Source: Gemmatimonadota bacterium (GTDB taxonomy: Bacteria; Gemmatimonadota; Gemmatimonadetes; JACCXV01; JAHWKZ01). From it: DNA of 51,606 nt. Shown here piece by piece: positions 1-8,247 of this stretch (positions within the stretch are counted from its first letter, which is position 1; every line of letters begins with the position of its first letter). The stretch spans positions 1 through 51,606 of the forward strand of contig DASQEN010000290.1 in NCBI GenBank assembly GCA_035633635.1, in the 5' to 3' direction. The notes beneath the pieces are model-generated. The model was not told where the DNA came from. It saw only the letters and a program-made list of their open reading frames with translations, and made no database searches. A program made the position numbers and the translations under genes.

Positions 1-389
1 AGCAGAAAAATGGTCGCCCCCGCCCACTTTCCCGCGAACAGCGCCGATCGACCGCGCGGCGCTGTTCGCGGGAAAATGGTCGCCCCCGCCCACTTTCCCG
101 CGAACAGCGCCGCGCGGTCGATCGGCGAGACCAGGAGCCCCTGGAGCGCCTGGTTCCGTTCCTCCTGCGCGAACCAGCGACTGAAGCCGAGCGCCCCAGC
201 GAACAACAGGCTCACCCAGAGGGCTCCCGGGCCGAGACGCCGTAGATCTTCGGGCGTCGGGTCGCCCGCGAACACGAACATCAGCGCGACCAGGACCGCG
301 AACACGACCATAGTGGCCACGGTCTCGACCCGGCGGAGCTCCAGCCTCAGGTCCTTGGCGAGGATCGCGCCCGCCGCCCGCCATCCCAC
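1..389 (-). CDS. ccmB: Heme exporter permease CcmB, partial (runs off the window start; contains a 66-bp internal duplication)
   Basis: Minus-strand frame opens at GTG 389..387, 4 nt after the ccmA stop. Translation VGWRAAGAILAKDLRLELRRVETVATMVVFAVLVALMFVFAG...GPGALWVSLLFAGALGFSRWFAQEERNQALQGLLVSPIDRAALFAGKW fits the CcmB N-terminal/TM pattern. It sits directly after ccmA. It is absent from the ORF track because it stays open to the window edge. Confidence 0.8.
   Translation of the reverse strand, partial: MGWRAAGAILAKDLRLELRRVETVATMVVFAVLVALMFVFAGDPTPEDLRRLGPGALWVSLLFAGALGFSRWFAQEERNQALQGLLVSPIDRAALFAGKWAGATIFPRTAPRGRSALFAGKWAGATIFL
7..123. repeat. 39-bp perfect direct repeat (7-45 = 73-111) separated by a 30-nt inverted copy (46-75 is the exact reverse complement of 94-123)
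   Basis: Read directly from the sequence. The repeat period is 66 bp. It can form 18-bp hairpin stems at 28-45/58-75 and 58-75/94-111. Confidence 0.95.
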
Positions 390-392
390 CGC

Positions 393-1166
393 TCAGCCTC
401 CCGCGGCCGCAACCGCGCGTTCGTACACGGACTCGAGATCTCCCGCCGGGAGGCGGCCTTCCGAGCGCGCCCGGCCCTCGACGAGCACGAGATAGCGGGT
501 GGCCGTCGTTGGCGCTCGTGCCAGGTCGTGGGTCGTCAGGACGACCGTGCGCCCAGCGGCATGCAGGGCGCCGAGCGTCTCGCTCAACCGCGCCACCGCG
601 TGCGGATCGAGCCCCGCATAGGGCTCGTCGAGGAGGAGGAGCGCCGGCTCGTGGAGCACCGCGCGCGCGATCGCCACGCGCTGCGCCTGGCCGCGCGAGA
701 GGTGCCCCACCCGGCGGTCGGCCGCGCCTTCGAGCCCCACGGTCGCCAGCGCCTCCAGTGCGCGCGCCTCGGGCGCGCGAAGCCCGTAGAGGGTGCCGAA
801 GAAGCGCAGGTTCTCGAGCGCGGTCAGGCCGTCGTAGAGGTAGCTCGCGTGAGAGAGGACGCCGATCTCGCGCTGGCGATCGGCTGGGGCAGCCAGCCAG
901 TCCTCGCCGTCCAGCGACACGCTCCCAGCGCTCGGGCGAATCAGCCGGGCCAGCGTCTTCAGCAGCGTGGTCTTGCCGGCGCCGTTGGGCCCCAGCACGA
1001 CGAGGAACCCGCCCTCCTCGAGCGTGAACGTCACGTCCTCGATGGCGGGGCGCGACCCGTAATAGCGGGTCAGCCCTTGGACGCGGAGCGGGGCGCTCGT
1101 CAGGAGCGGGGGGCAGGCGCCGGCTCGGCGCTCAGTTGTCCGGCCTCCTGGTACTTGGACGGGCAC
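393..1166 (-). CDS. ccmA: Heme exporter ATP-binding protein CcmA (ABC ATPase)
   Basis: Walker A GPNGAGKTTLLKTL, signature LSRGQAQRVAIARA and Walker B LLLLDEP. It lies between ccmE and ccmB. The GTG at 1166 is the only canonical in-frame start and overlaps the ccmE 3' end by 67 nt. A CTG at 1103 (CTGA overlap with the ccmE stop) is an alternative. Confidence 0.85.
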   Translation of the reverse strand: MPVQVPGGRTTERRAGACPPLLTSAPLRVQGLTRYYGSRPAIEDVTFTLEEGGFLVVLGPNGAGKTTLLKTLARLIRPSAGSVSLDGEDWLAAPADRQREIGVLSHASYLYDGLTALENLRFFGTLYGLRAPEARALEALATVGLEGAADRRVGHLSRGQAQRVAIARAVLHEPALLLLDEPYAGLDPHAVARLSETLGALHAAGRTVVLTTHDLARAPTTATRYLVLVEGRARSEGRLPAGDLESVYERAVAAAGG

Positions 1167-1585
1167 TTGGCCAGCAGCGTCTCGGCTTCGAACGTGCCGT
1201 CCGCGCCCATCCGGCCCTCGACGACGACCTGGATCCCCTCCCGGAAGATGTCGGGGACCGTGCCCGCGTAGACGACGGGGATTGTCGCGGCGTTGGCGGA
1301 GGCCGCGGCGTCCGCCGCGACGCCGCGGATCGAGAAGCGGATCTCGCGCGACTTCTCGTCCTTGGCGATCGAGCCTTCGACCACGTCGCCGGAGATCCGG
1401 ATCTTGCCGTCCGTCTTCGCGGCGGCGGCCTGCACCTCGTCGACGTCGTAGTAGTAAACCAGGTTGTCCTTCGTGCCGGCGTACACAAGGTACCCCAGCG
1501 CGACCGCGACCAGCGCGATGCCGATCGCCAGGCGGCCGAGCTTGGGCCGTCGTCTCGAAGGCGTGGAATTCTGCTCGGTCTTCAC
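1100..1585 (-). CDS. ccmE: Heme chaperone CcmE, CxxxY variant
   Basis: N-terminal membrane anchor LAIGIALVAVALGYLVYA followed by an OB-fold body (IRISGDVVEGS...IRFSI...VVYAGTVPDIFREGIQVVVEGRM) ending LLAKCPSKYQ. GTG 1585 overlaps the ccmH stop (GTGA). The 324-aa track ORF is an upstream overextension. Confidence 0.85.
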   Translation of the reverse strand: MKTEQNSTPSRRRPKLGRLAIGIALVAVALGYLVYAGTKDNLVYYYDVDEVQAAAAKTDGKIRISGDVVEGSIAKDEKSREIRFSIRGVAADAAASANAATIPVVYAGTVPDIFREGIQVVVEGRMGADGTFEAETLLAKCPSKYQEAGQLSAEPAPAPRS

Positions 1586-2112
1586 TCGGTCTCCTCCAGC
1601 TCGCGTTCGAGCCTCTGCATGTAGGTCGATGTCGATGACATGGGCGCCGGCGCGGCCGTGGGCGGCCGACCCTTCCAGCGCCGGGCGACCGCGACGATCG
1701 TCGCCGCCCCGCCCAGGACGAGCGCGAACGGCAACAGCCACACCGTCCACGCGAACCCTTCCTTGCGCGGCGACAGGACGATGTAGTCGCCGTACCTCGC
1801 GACGAAGTACTCCCGGATCTCTTCCTTCGACTTTCCTTCGGCCACCATCTGACGCACCCGACGGCTCATGTCCTGGGCCATGAACGAGCGCGAGGTGCGA
1901 ACCGACTGGCTGCGACAGACCGGGCACTTGAGCCCTCTCTCGATCTCCGCCGCCAGCTCCTCCTGCGCAGGCGTGAGCGCGACCGGCGGCGGCAGGTCGG
2001 CGCTCGCGACCGCGGCGTCCGTGCCCTGGGAAGCGGCGTTCCGAACCGCCGCCGGCGCCGCAGCGAGCATCCATGCGAAAGCCGCCATGCCCGCGATCCG
2101 GCCGGTTCTCAC
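1582..2112 (-). CDS. ccmH: Cytochrome c-type biogenesis protein CcmH (CcmL/NrfF family)
   Basis: Signal peptide, then LKCPVCRSQSV...MAQDMSRRVRQMVAEGKSKEEIREYFVARYGDYIVLSP followed by a TM helix. This is the canonical CcmH pattern with the CxxC motif. GTG 2112 overlaps the ccmG stop (GTGA). Confidence 0.85.
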   Translation of the reverse strand: MRTGRIAGMAAFAWMLAAAPAAVRNAASQGTDAAVASADLPPPVALTPAQEELAAEIERGLKCPVCRSQSVRTSRSFMAQDMSRRVRQMVAEGKSKEEIREYFVARYGDYIVLSPRKEGFAWTVWLLPFALVLGGAATIVAVARRWKGRPPTAAPAPMSSTSTYMQRLERELEETE

Positions 2113-2678
2113 GGGCCCTCGATCGACAGCGGCTGCACCCGGCTCGGATCGCCGCTCGCGTCGCCGGTCATGCCGGCCTCGAGCTCGGCGATCCGCCGAT
2201 CGAGGTCGGCCGCCGTCAGCGGCCCGATGTGGCGCGAGAGGATCGTCCCGTCGCGACCGATGAAGAACGTCTCCGGCACCCCGTAGAGCCCGTAGTCGAC
2301 CGCCACCGACCCGTCGACGTCCGAGCCCAGGTGATAGGTCTTTCCGTACCGTCGGATGAAGTCCTCCGCTGATCCCTCCTCGTCGTTGACCGCGATTCCG
2401 ACGAACGCGACGTCATCGCCGTACCGCTGCCAGCCCGCCTCCAGAACCTTCGCCTCGTCCCGGCACGATAGACACCACGAAGCCCAGAAGTTCAGCACCA
2501 CCGGCGTGCCCCGGAGCTTCTCGAGTGTGACGGTCGAGTCGGCTGCGAAGAGCGGCATCGAGAACGCCGGCGCGAGCTTGCCGACCAGCGGCGAGGCGAG
2601 CGTCTGGTCGCGGGACAGGGCGTAGACGAACATCGCCAGGACCCCGGCCAGAACGAGGACGACCAGCAAGCGCTTCAT
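2109..2678 (-). CDS. ccmG: Thiol:disulfide oxidoreductase CcmG/DsbE (TlpA/ResA-like thioredoxin fold)
   Basis: ATG 2678 (MKRLLVVLVLAGVLAMFVY membrane anchor). Active site NFWASWCLSCRDE. Downstream GVPETFFIGRDG motif. It leads the ccm genes. Confidence 0.8.
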   Translation of the reverse strand: MKRLLVVLVLAGVLAMFVYALSRDQTLASPLVGKLAPAFSMPLFAADSTVTLEKLRGTPVVLNFWASWCLSCRDEAKVLEAGWQRYGDDVAFVGIAVNDEEGSAEDFIRRYGKTYHLGSDVDGSVAVDYGLYGVPETFFIGRDGTILSRHIGPLTAADLDRRIAELEAGMTGDASGDPSRVQPLSIEGP

Positions 2679-2736
2679 GACCGGTCGAATCTCCGCTTTG
2701 CGGCCGTTTCCCGCAAACGATAGCTTGCGGCTCTCT

Positions 2737-3072
2737 ATGCCCGAGCTCCCCCGATATCGGATACGCCGCGCGAGCGACGGAGGCTCCCGCGACGCGGGGG
2801 CTCTCTTCGACCTTCCCCGCCACGGCCAGGTCGGCCTCCACACCGACGACGTGGAGCTCGTGCTCCTGCTCGAGTCCGAGGGGGTGATCGAGCCCCGGCG
2901 CCCGCCGTACCTCGACGCGGCGGACGGCGGGATTCACGGCGCCTACCGGCCACGGCCGCAGGTCAACACGTTCCTGGAGCCCCCGATCGAGCGCGTCGCG
3001 GATGCGCTCGCGCGCGCGTTTGCGGATGCCGGCGGCGCGTACGCGATCGAACCCGCGGCTCCCGGCGCCTGA
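2737..3072 (+). CDS. Hypothetical protein (111 aa)
   Basis: ATG 2737 within track ORF 2677..3072. Strong G/C third-position bias is consistent with coding. No family recognised. Confidence 0.4.
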   Translation: MPELPRYRIRRASDGGSRDAGALFDLPRHGQVGLHTDDVELVLLLESEGVIEPRRPPYLDAADGGIHGAYRPRPQVNTFLEPPIERVADALARAFADAGGAYAIEPAAPGA

Positions 3073-3097
3073 CGCGCCCCGCGACGCCCTCGCTTCT

Positions 3098-4060
3098 GTG
3101 AATTCCGGCTACCGCGCTTCCGGGAATTCCCCCGCCATCGAGATCCGCGGACTCCGCAAGGAGTACGGCGACACGGTTGCGGTCGATGGCCTCGACCTCG
3201 TCGTCCCGCGCGGCTCGACCTACGCGCTCCTGGGCCCCAACGGCAGCGGCAAGACGACGACGATCCGGACCCTCCTCCGGATCCAGGAGCCCGACGCCGG
3301 CGAGGTGCTGGTCCTGGGCGAGGAGCCGGGGCCCGAGGTGCGCGACCGCATCGGCTACCTCCCCGAGGAGCGGGGCCTCTACCCGCGGATGAAGGTGCAC
3401 GACGTGCTGACGTTCCTGGCCGAGCTCAAGGGCATCCCCCCGAAAGTGTCGCGACCGCGCATCGACGGCTGGCTCGATCGCGTCGGCCTCGCCGAGCGGG
3501 CCGAGGACCAGGTGCAGGGCCTGTCGAAGGGCATGCAGCAGAAGCTCCAGTTCATCGCCGCGGTCGTCCACGAGCCCGAGGTCGTGATCCTCGACGAGCC
3601 GTTCAGCGGCCTCGACCCGATCAACCAGCAGGCGCTGCGCGAGATCCTCGGCGAGATCCGCCAGGCCGAGCGCACGATCCTGTTCTCGACCCACATCATC
3701 GAGCACGCCGAGCGGCTTTGCGACCACGTCTGCATCCTCTCGCGCGGGCGCGCGGTCGTCCAGGGGGAGCTCGGGCGGGTCAAGCGGGAGCACGGCGGCC
3801 GGCACGTCGGGCTCACCCTCGACCCCTGGACACCCGAGGCCGTGGCGGCGGTGCGCGCGGCCCCCGAGGCGGCGCGGGTTCACGAAGACGGCCACGCAAT
3901 CGAGCTGACGCTCGCCGACGGGGCGGACCCTCGCGCGCTCCTCTCCCGACTCGTCCAGGGAGGCGTCGGGCTCATCCGCTTCGAGGTCGTCGAGCCCTCG
4001 CTTCAGCAGGTGTTCATCGAGCGGGTCGGCAGGCCGATCGAGGAGGGCGCGCTTGTCTAG
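3098..4060 (+). CDS. ABC transporter ATP-binding protein (NatA-like, ABC-2 type)
   Basis: IEIRGLRKEYGD..., Walker A GPNGSGKTTTIRTL, signature LSKGMQQKLQF, Walker B VILDEPFSGLDP and a C-terminal accessory domain. The start is set at GTG 3098, just after the upstream stop. The track ORF begins at 3002. Confidence 0.85.
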   Translation: MNSGYRASGNSPAIEIRGLRKEYGDTVAVDGLDLVVPRGSTYALLGPNGSGKTTTIRTLLRIQEPDAGEVLVLGEEPGPEVRDRIGYLPEERGLYPRMKVHDVLTFLAELKGIPPKVSRPRIDGWLDRVGLAERAEDQVQGLSKGMQQKLQFIAAVVHEPEVVILDEPFSGLDPINQQALREILGEIRQAERTILFSTHIIEHAERLCDHVCILSRGRAVVQGELGRVKREHGGRHVGLTLDPWTPEAVAAVRAAPEAARVHEDGHAIELTLADGADPRALLSRLVQGGVGLIRFEVVEPSLQQVFIERVGRPIEEGALV

Positions 4061-5321
4061 AACCTGGACGATCGTCAAGCGCGAGTTCCTCGCCACGACC
4101 CGCACCAAGGGATACCTGCTCGGCACCCTGTTCGGCCCCGCGATCCTCGCGAGCTGGATCCTCCTGCCCGCCCTGTTCGCCGACGGCGGAGGGGCCCGCG
4201 AAGTCGTGGTCATCGACGGGACCCGCAGCGGGCTCGGCCAGGCAGTCGCCGAGCAGCTGTCGAACGATTCCGAGGACCTCGCGTTCTCCGCCCGGGTCAT
4301 CGCGCCGGCCGCCGGGACCGCGGACTCGGTGCGGGCGGCGATGTCCACGGCCGCGGCCGCCGGCGAGATCGACGGGTACGTGTGGCTCCCACCGGGCCTC
4401 CCGTCCGGCGAGAGCGCGAGCTACGAGGCGCGCCACGCGACCAACATGCGCGAGGTGGGACGGGTGCGCTCCGCCGTCGACGACGCGGTGCGTCAGGCGC
4501 GCCTGCAGGCCGCGGGGATCGATCCTTCCACGCTCTCCGAAGCGCTTCGTCCGACCCCCTTCGAGGCCCGCGAGGTCAGCTCGGAAGGCAAGGGCGCGGC
4601 CGCCTCGGGGGAGGCGATGGTGATGGTGGCGATCCTCGCCGTGTTCGTGATCTACTTCGTGATCCTGCTCTACGGGAACAGCGTGCTTCGCGGCGTTCGC
4701 GAGGAGAAGGAGAACCGGGTCGTCGAGATCGTGCTGAGCTCGATCCGCGCCGAGCAGCTCATGGCCGGGAAGGTGTTCGGGATCGGCAGCGCGTGCCTGC
4801 TCCAGGTCGCGATTTGGGTCGCGGTGGCGGCGCTGGTGTCGGCGTTCGGCGAAGACGTCGTGCGGTCGATCGGCGGTCAGGTCCCGTCGATTCCGGCCAT
4901 TCCCGCTTCGGCCGCGTTCGTCTACCTGGCATTCTTCGCCGGCGGCTTCTTTCTCTACGCGTCGATCTACGCGGCGCTGGGCTCGCTCGGGTCGTCGGGG
5001 CAGGACAGCCAGAACATGCAGTTCGCGGCCATGATGCCGCTCATGGTCGCGTTCTTCATGGCGTTCGGCGTGATGAACGACCCCGAGGGCAAGCTGGCGG
5101 TTGCCGGCAGCCTGATCCCGTTCACGTCGCTGATCGTGGTCCCGCTGCGCGCGATCCTGGGCGCGATCCCGTGGAGCCAGACGCTACTGGCCGCCGTGCT
5201 GCTCGCGCTGACGTGCTGGGGGACGCTCTGGGTCGCGGGGCGGGTCTACCGCGTCACCGTCCTCGCGACCGGCCAGCGCCCGAGCTTGAGGCGGCTTTGG
5301 CGCTGGGTCCGGGCGGCCTGA
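4053..5321 (+). CDS. ABC-2 family transporter permease (NatB-like)
   Basis: TTG 4053 preceded by GAGGAGGG and overlapping the ATPase stop by 8 nt. One N-terminal TM, a large extracytoplasmic loop, then a cluster of 5-6 TMs, which is typical ABC-2 architecture. Confidence 0.8.
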   Translation: MSRTWTIVKREFLATTRTKGYLLGTLFGPAILASWILLPALFADGGGAREVVVIDGTRSGLGQAVAEQLSNDSEDLAFSARVIAPAAGTADSVRAAMSTAAAAGEIDGYVWLPPGLPSGESASYEARHATNMREVGRVRSAVDDAVRQARLQAAGIDPSTLSEALRPTPFEAREVSSEGKGAAASGEAMVMVAILAVFVIYFVILLYGNSVLRGVREEKENRVVEIVLSSIRAEQLMAGKVFGIGSACLLQVAIWVAVAALVSAFGEDVVRSIGGQVPSIPAIPASAAFVYLAFFAGGFFLYASIYAALGSLGSSGQDSQNMQFAAMMPLMVAFFMAFGVMNDPEGKLAVAGSLIPFTSLIVVPLRAILGAIPWSQTLLAAVLLALTCWGTLWVAGRVYRVTVLATGQRPSLRRLWRWVRAA

Positions 5322-5322
5322 G

Positions 5323-6324
5323 CTAGCGGGGTGTCGGTACCCGCGGGGTGATCGTGGTGGTCGTCAGCGTCTCGCCGCCTTTGAGGTACTGGAGCGTCAT
5401 CGATCGTCCGGGGGCCAGACGGCCCAGCGCACGGCCCCCTTCCTCGCCGACGAACGAGTGGCCATCGAGCAGAAGCAGCACATCGCCCGTACGGATCCCG
5501 GCACGATCCGCCGGCCCTCCGTCGACCACGCGCGCGACCTTCGGCGGATGCTGGCCGCGCCAGACCGCCTCGCCGCCCTCCCCACGCCGCCACCCGCAGA
5601 AGAACCCGCACGTCAACTCGACGCCGAGCTCGTAGGGCGGTTCGACACGGGCGAAGAGTCCGAAGTGGAGGGTGTCGAACTCGAACTTGAAGCTCTCGAT
5701 CGGCGGGACGAGGCCCTCCCAGTCGCGGGAGAGCCCTTCCCAGTCGAAGCCCTCGAGCGCCTCGTCGAGACCCTCCAGCCGCATCTCTCCGAGAGGAAGC
5801 GCCAGGCCTTCCCAGTCGAACCGCTCGAGCCGCTGGCCGAGTTGTTCCATCGCCTCGCCCCAGCGGCGCTGGGCCTCGGGGTCGAGGGTAAATATCCGGC
5901 GTCGCATCCGGTCGCACGAAGGGACCGCGGTGATCGTCACGTCCCTCTCCGCGCCGTCCCTGCGAATCCTGAGGCGCACCCGGTCTCCCGGCTCCACCTC
6001 CGACAGGCGCCGGCCAGCATCGACCGTCGTGCTGAGGCTCCCGTCCACGGACACGATGACGTCACCTTCCTCGAGCACCGCGTCGGCCGGGGGCTCAAGC
6101 GCATGGACCCGCGGCTCGGTCGTGAACGTCGTGATCAGCCGGCCGCCCTTGAACGCGAAGCCCCGGAGGCAATGTCCGGACGAGCAGCGCAACTCCTCGA
6201 TCCCGAGCTCGCCCGCCGGGGACCTGCCATCCGGGCATTCCGCATCGTTCTCCTGCGCGATCGCCCGGGGCGACCCGATCAGCGCCAGCGTGAGCGCGGT
6301 CATGCCGATCGTCCTTGCTCTCAT
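5323..6324 (-). CDS. Secreted protein with two PDZ domains, each preceded by a Cys-pair segment
   Basis: ATG 6324 (MRARTIGMTALTLALIGSPRAIAQ signal peptide). PDZ-like segments EEGDVIVSVDG...PGDRVRLRIRRDG and PADRAGIRTGDVLLLLDG...PGRSMTLQYLKGG. The linker holds three DWEGL repeats. Confidence 0.7.
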   Translation of the reverse strand: MRARTIGMTALTLALIGSPRAIAQENDAECPDGRSPAGELGIEELRCSSGHCLRGFAFKGGRLITTFTTEPRVHALEPPADAVLEEGDVIVSVDGSLSTTVDAGRRLSEVEPGDRVRLRIRRDGAERDVTITAVPSCDRMRRRIFTLDPEAQRRWGEAMEQLGQRLERFDWEGLALPLGEMRLEGLDEALEGFDWEGLSRDWEGLVPPIESFKFEFDTLHFGLFARVEPPYELGVELTCGFFCGWRRGEGGEAVWRGQHPPKVARVVDGGPADRAGIRTGDVLLLLDGHSFVGEEGGRALGRLAPGRSMTLQYLKGGETLTTTTITPRVPTPR

Positions 6325-6352
6325 CGGCTCCTCCCGTCTCGATGGCCGCAGG

Positions 6353-6904
6353 TCAGAAGCGGACCGTCGGCTGGGTGCCGTCTCCGTCGGCCCGCGCCTC
6401 GGAGACCGTGTACAGGATGCGGCCGGCCTGGGGGTCGTCGGGACGCAGGCGGACGAGCTCGTAGGCGGCGCCCTGGAGCGCCGAGAGCGCGGCGTCCACG
6501 CCCTGGTCGCGCTCGACCTGGCCCGCCGACTCACCGAGCCGGGAGAGCGCCGACACGTATTCGGTGCCCGCGCGCTGGACCTCGGCGGCCGCGGCGAGCG
6601 GGCTTTCCGGGGCCGGCGCGGGCGGTGCGGGCTCCCCCCACCGCTGGCCCACCATCACCCCACCCGCGAACAGCGCGAGGGCCGCGGCGATCTGGAGCGG
6701 GACGCGCGGAATCCGCCGCCGGGGTCCCTCGAGGTGAGCGGGCTCGATTTCCGCTCGAGGCTCGATCGTCCGCGCCGTATCCAGCGCCGGCGTCGAGTCG
6801 ATCGCTCGCGCCACATCTAGCCAAAGGTCCCGCGCCGGCTCCGCGTCGCGGGGCGCGCGCGCGAGCCGCGCCTCCAGCTCCCGATCCCGTTCCGTCTCGC
6901 TCAT
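6353..6904 (-). CDS. Putative anti-sigma factor (single-pass membrane protein)
   Basis: ATG 6904 overlaps the sigma factor stop (ATGA). It has a short cytoplasmic N-terminus, the TM helix LQIAAALALFAGGVMVG and a periplasmic tail. The position after an ECF sigma gene supports the call. Confidence 0.6.
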   Translation of the reverse strand: MSETERDRELEARLARAPRDAEPARDLWLDVARAIDSTPALDTARTIEPRAEIEPAHLEGPRRRIPRVPLQIAAALALFAGGVMVGQRWGEPAPPAPAPESPLAAAAEVQRAGTEYVSALSRLGESAGQVERDQGVDAALSALQGAAYELVRLRPDDPQAGRILYTVSEARADGDGTQPTVRF

Positions 6905-7410
6905 GTCAATGCCTCCTTGAGGAGCTTCCGCGCCCGGTGGAGCTGCGACTTGACCGTCCCTTCGACGATCCCCAGCTGCTCGGCGATCTCCGCGCACGGG
7001 TATCCCTCGATGTAGTGCAGGATCACGATCTCGCGGGCACCGTCCGGAAGCGACGCGACCGCCCGCTCGAGGTCCAGGTCCGCCCCTGGCATCGCTCGCC
7101 CGACTTCGGCCGCGTACCGGTCGAGATCGACGTCCCGGTCGAGCCGCGCCTCACGCCTCGAGCGCACCCGCACCCCGTCCAGGGCGGCGTTGACCGCCAC
7201 GCTGTGAAGCCACGTGGACAGCCGGCTGTCGCCGTTGAACGAGGGCAGAGAGCGCCAGGCGCGGACGAACGCGTCCTGGACGACCTCCTCGGCGCGATCC
7301 GGGTCGCGCGCGAAGCGAAGGGCGATCGCGTAGACGCGCCGGTGATGCTCGCGGTAGATCACCTCGAACTCGGCCCGCGGATCGTGCAACCGCACCTGCC
7401 TTTCACCCAT
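6901..7410 (-). CDS. ECF (group 4) RNA polymerase sigma-70 factor
   Basis: Region 2 (VYAIALRFARDPDRAEEVVQDAFVRAW) and region 4 HTH (REIVILHYIEGYPCAEIAEQLGIVEGTVKSQLHRARKLL). Confidence 0.9.
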   Translation of the reverse strand: MGERQVRLHDPRAEFEVIYREHHRRVYAIALRFARDPDRAEEVVQDAFVRAWRSLPSFNGDSRLSTWLHSVAVNAALDGVRVRSRREARLDRDVDLDRYAAEVGRAMPGADLDLERAVASLPDGAREIVILHYIEGYPCAEIAEQLGIVEGTVKSQLHRARKLLKEALT

Positions 7411-7439
7411 GAGTCGTCGGTGGGACCCTCACGGGTTGG

Positions 7440-7465
7440 AACGCCTGTCGGAGGACGCGCGTTCA
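7440..7465 (-). promoter_or_regulatory. Candidate ECF-type autoregulatory promoter (TGAAC-N17-CGTT)
   Basis: On the minus strand, TGAAC (7465..7461) is followed by a 17-nt spacer and CGTT (7443..7440), about 30 nt upstream of the sigma factor ATG. This resembles the GAAC...CGT architecture of ECF promoters. Confidence 0.3.
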
Positions 7466-7523
7466 GCGCGTGGAGCGGGCGTCTTCGATCGGCAGGCGAT
7501 CCGGAGCCGCTGGCTACGCTGTC

Positions 7524-8006
7524 TTACCCCTCGGCGGGCGGCTCCGGAGTTTCCGCGGCCTCGTCGAGCAGCGCGGCGATGGCGTCGTGGCCTTGCTCGC
7601 GCGCGGTATCCGCTGGGAGGAATCCGGCCTTGTTGGCGTGCTGGGGATCCGCGCCGGCGGCCAACAGCGCTACCGCCGCTTCCGTCGATCCCGCCTCCGC
7701 GGCGTGATGGAGGGCGCTGAAGCCCGTGCGGTTCTCGACTTCGAGCGGCGCGCCGAGGGCGATCAGCAGCTCGATCGCGGGCACGCGGTTGTGCCATGCC
7801 GCCCAGTTGAGCGCCATGCGGCCGTTGGGGTTCCGACGGGTGTCGAGGGAGTCGATCTTCGCGCCGTCGGCCAGGGCCTGGCGGAGGCCCAGCGTGTCCC
7901 CCGCGATCGCGGCGTCCCAGAGCCGGCTCTGGGCGTCCTGCGCGAGGAGCGGGGAGCCGGCCAGAAGTGCGCCGACGGCGATCATGACGGGAAGCTTGGC
8001 ACGCAT
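7524..8006 (-). CDS. Secreted ankyrin-repeat protein
   Basis: ATG 8006 (MRAKLPVMIAVGALLAGSPLLAQ signal peptide). ANK repeats are present (ALNWAAWHNRVPAIELLIALGAPLEVENRTGFSALHHAAEAGSTEAAVALLAAGADP). Confidence 0.8.
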   Translation of the reverse strand: MRAKLPVMIAVGALLAGSPLLAQDAQSRLWDAAIAGDTLGLRQALADGAKIDSLDTRRNPNGRMALNWAAWHNRVPAIELLIALGAPLEVENRTGFSALHHAAEAGSTEAAVALLAAGADPQHANKAGFLPADTAREQGHDAIAALLDEAAETPEPPAEG

Positions 8007-8046
8007 GTCTCCTCCGAGTGTGGGTGAGCGGAAGTGCTCCATTCAA

Positions 8047-8247
8047 CGAGCGCAGGAGCCAGGGGGTTTCGCTGCGCCCCTGGTGGGACACCGCAAGCGG
8101 GGAACCCGTCACGTCTACCACCCCGATCCGGCCGGCCTGGCGCCGCTCCGCGCGTACGTGGAGTCCCTGTGGGACGACGTGCTGCGGGCGTTCGCCGCGT
8201 CCGGGGAGGGGAACGGAGGTTCAGGGGATGCCCGAGACGATGAGTGA
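8047..8247 (+). pseudogene. 5'-truncated relic of an ArsR/SmtB-family regulator
   Basis: The frame ending at TGA 8247 reads ...LVGHRKRGTRHVYHPDPAGLAPLRAYVESLWDDVLRAF. That is the wing plus C-terminal helix typical of the ArsR regulators that precede SRPBCC/AHSA1 genes. The N-terminal HTH half would have to overlap the ankyrin gene and its promoter, and it is absent. Confidence 0.4.

Noticed and set aside
1-123. Direct repeats with a spacer at the window start could look like a mini-CRISPR array.
   Set aside because: There are only two copies. The spacer is an inverted copy of the flanking sequence. The whole unit lies in frame inside ccmB, and no cas genes are present.
3098-3135. GAATTCCGG...CCGGGAATTC imperfect palindrome at the start of the ABC ATPase gene.
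   Set aside because: It matches 9 of 10 with an indel, lies inside coding sequence, and is probably coincidental.
5458-7707. Long shadow ORFs: 5458..7707+, 10612..12477+, 12960..14582-, 15643..17010+, 20778..22808+, 20812..22545-, 23495..25363+, 31187..33436+, 37332..38837-, 44006..45676- and similar.
   Set aside because: All lie opposite to or out of frame with well-supported genes. They are dominated by Arg/Pro/Gly/Ala, lack family motifs, and are the expected stop-poor shadow frames of 70% GC DNA.
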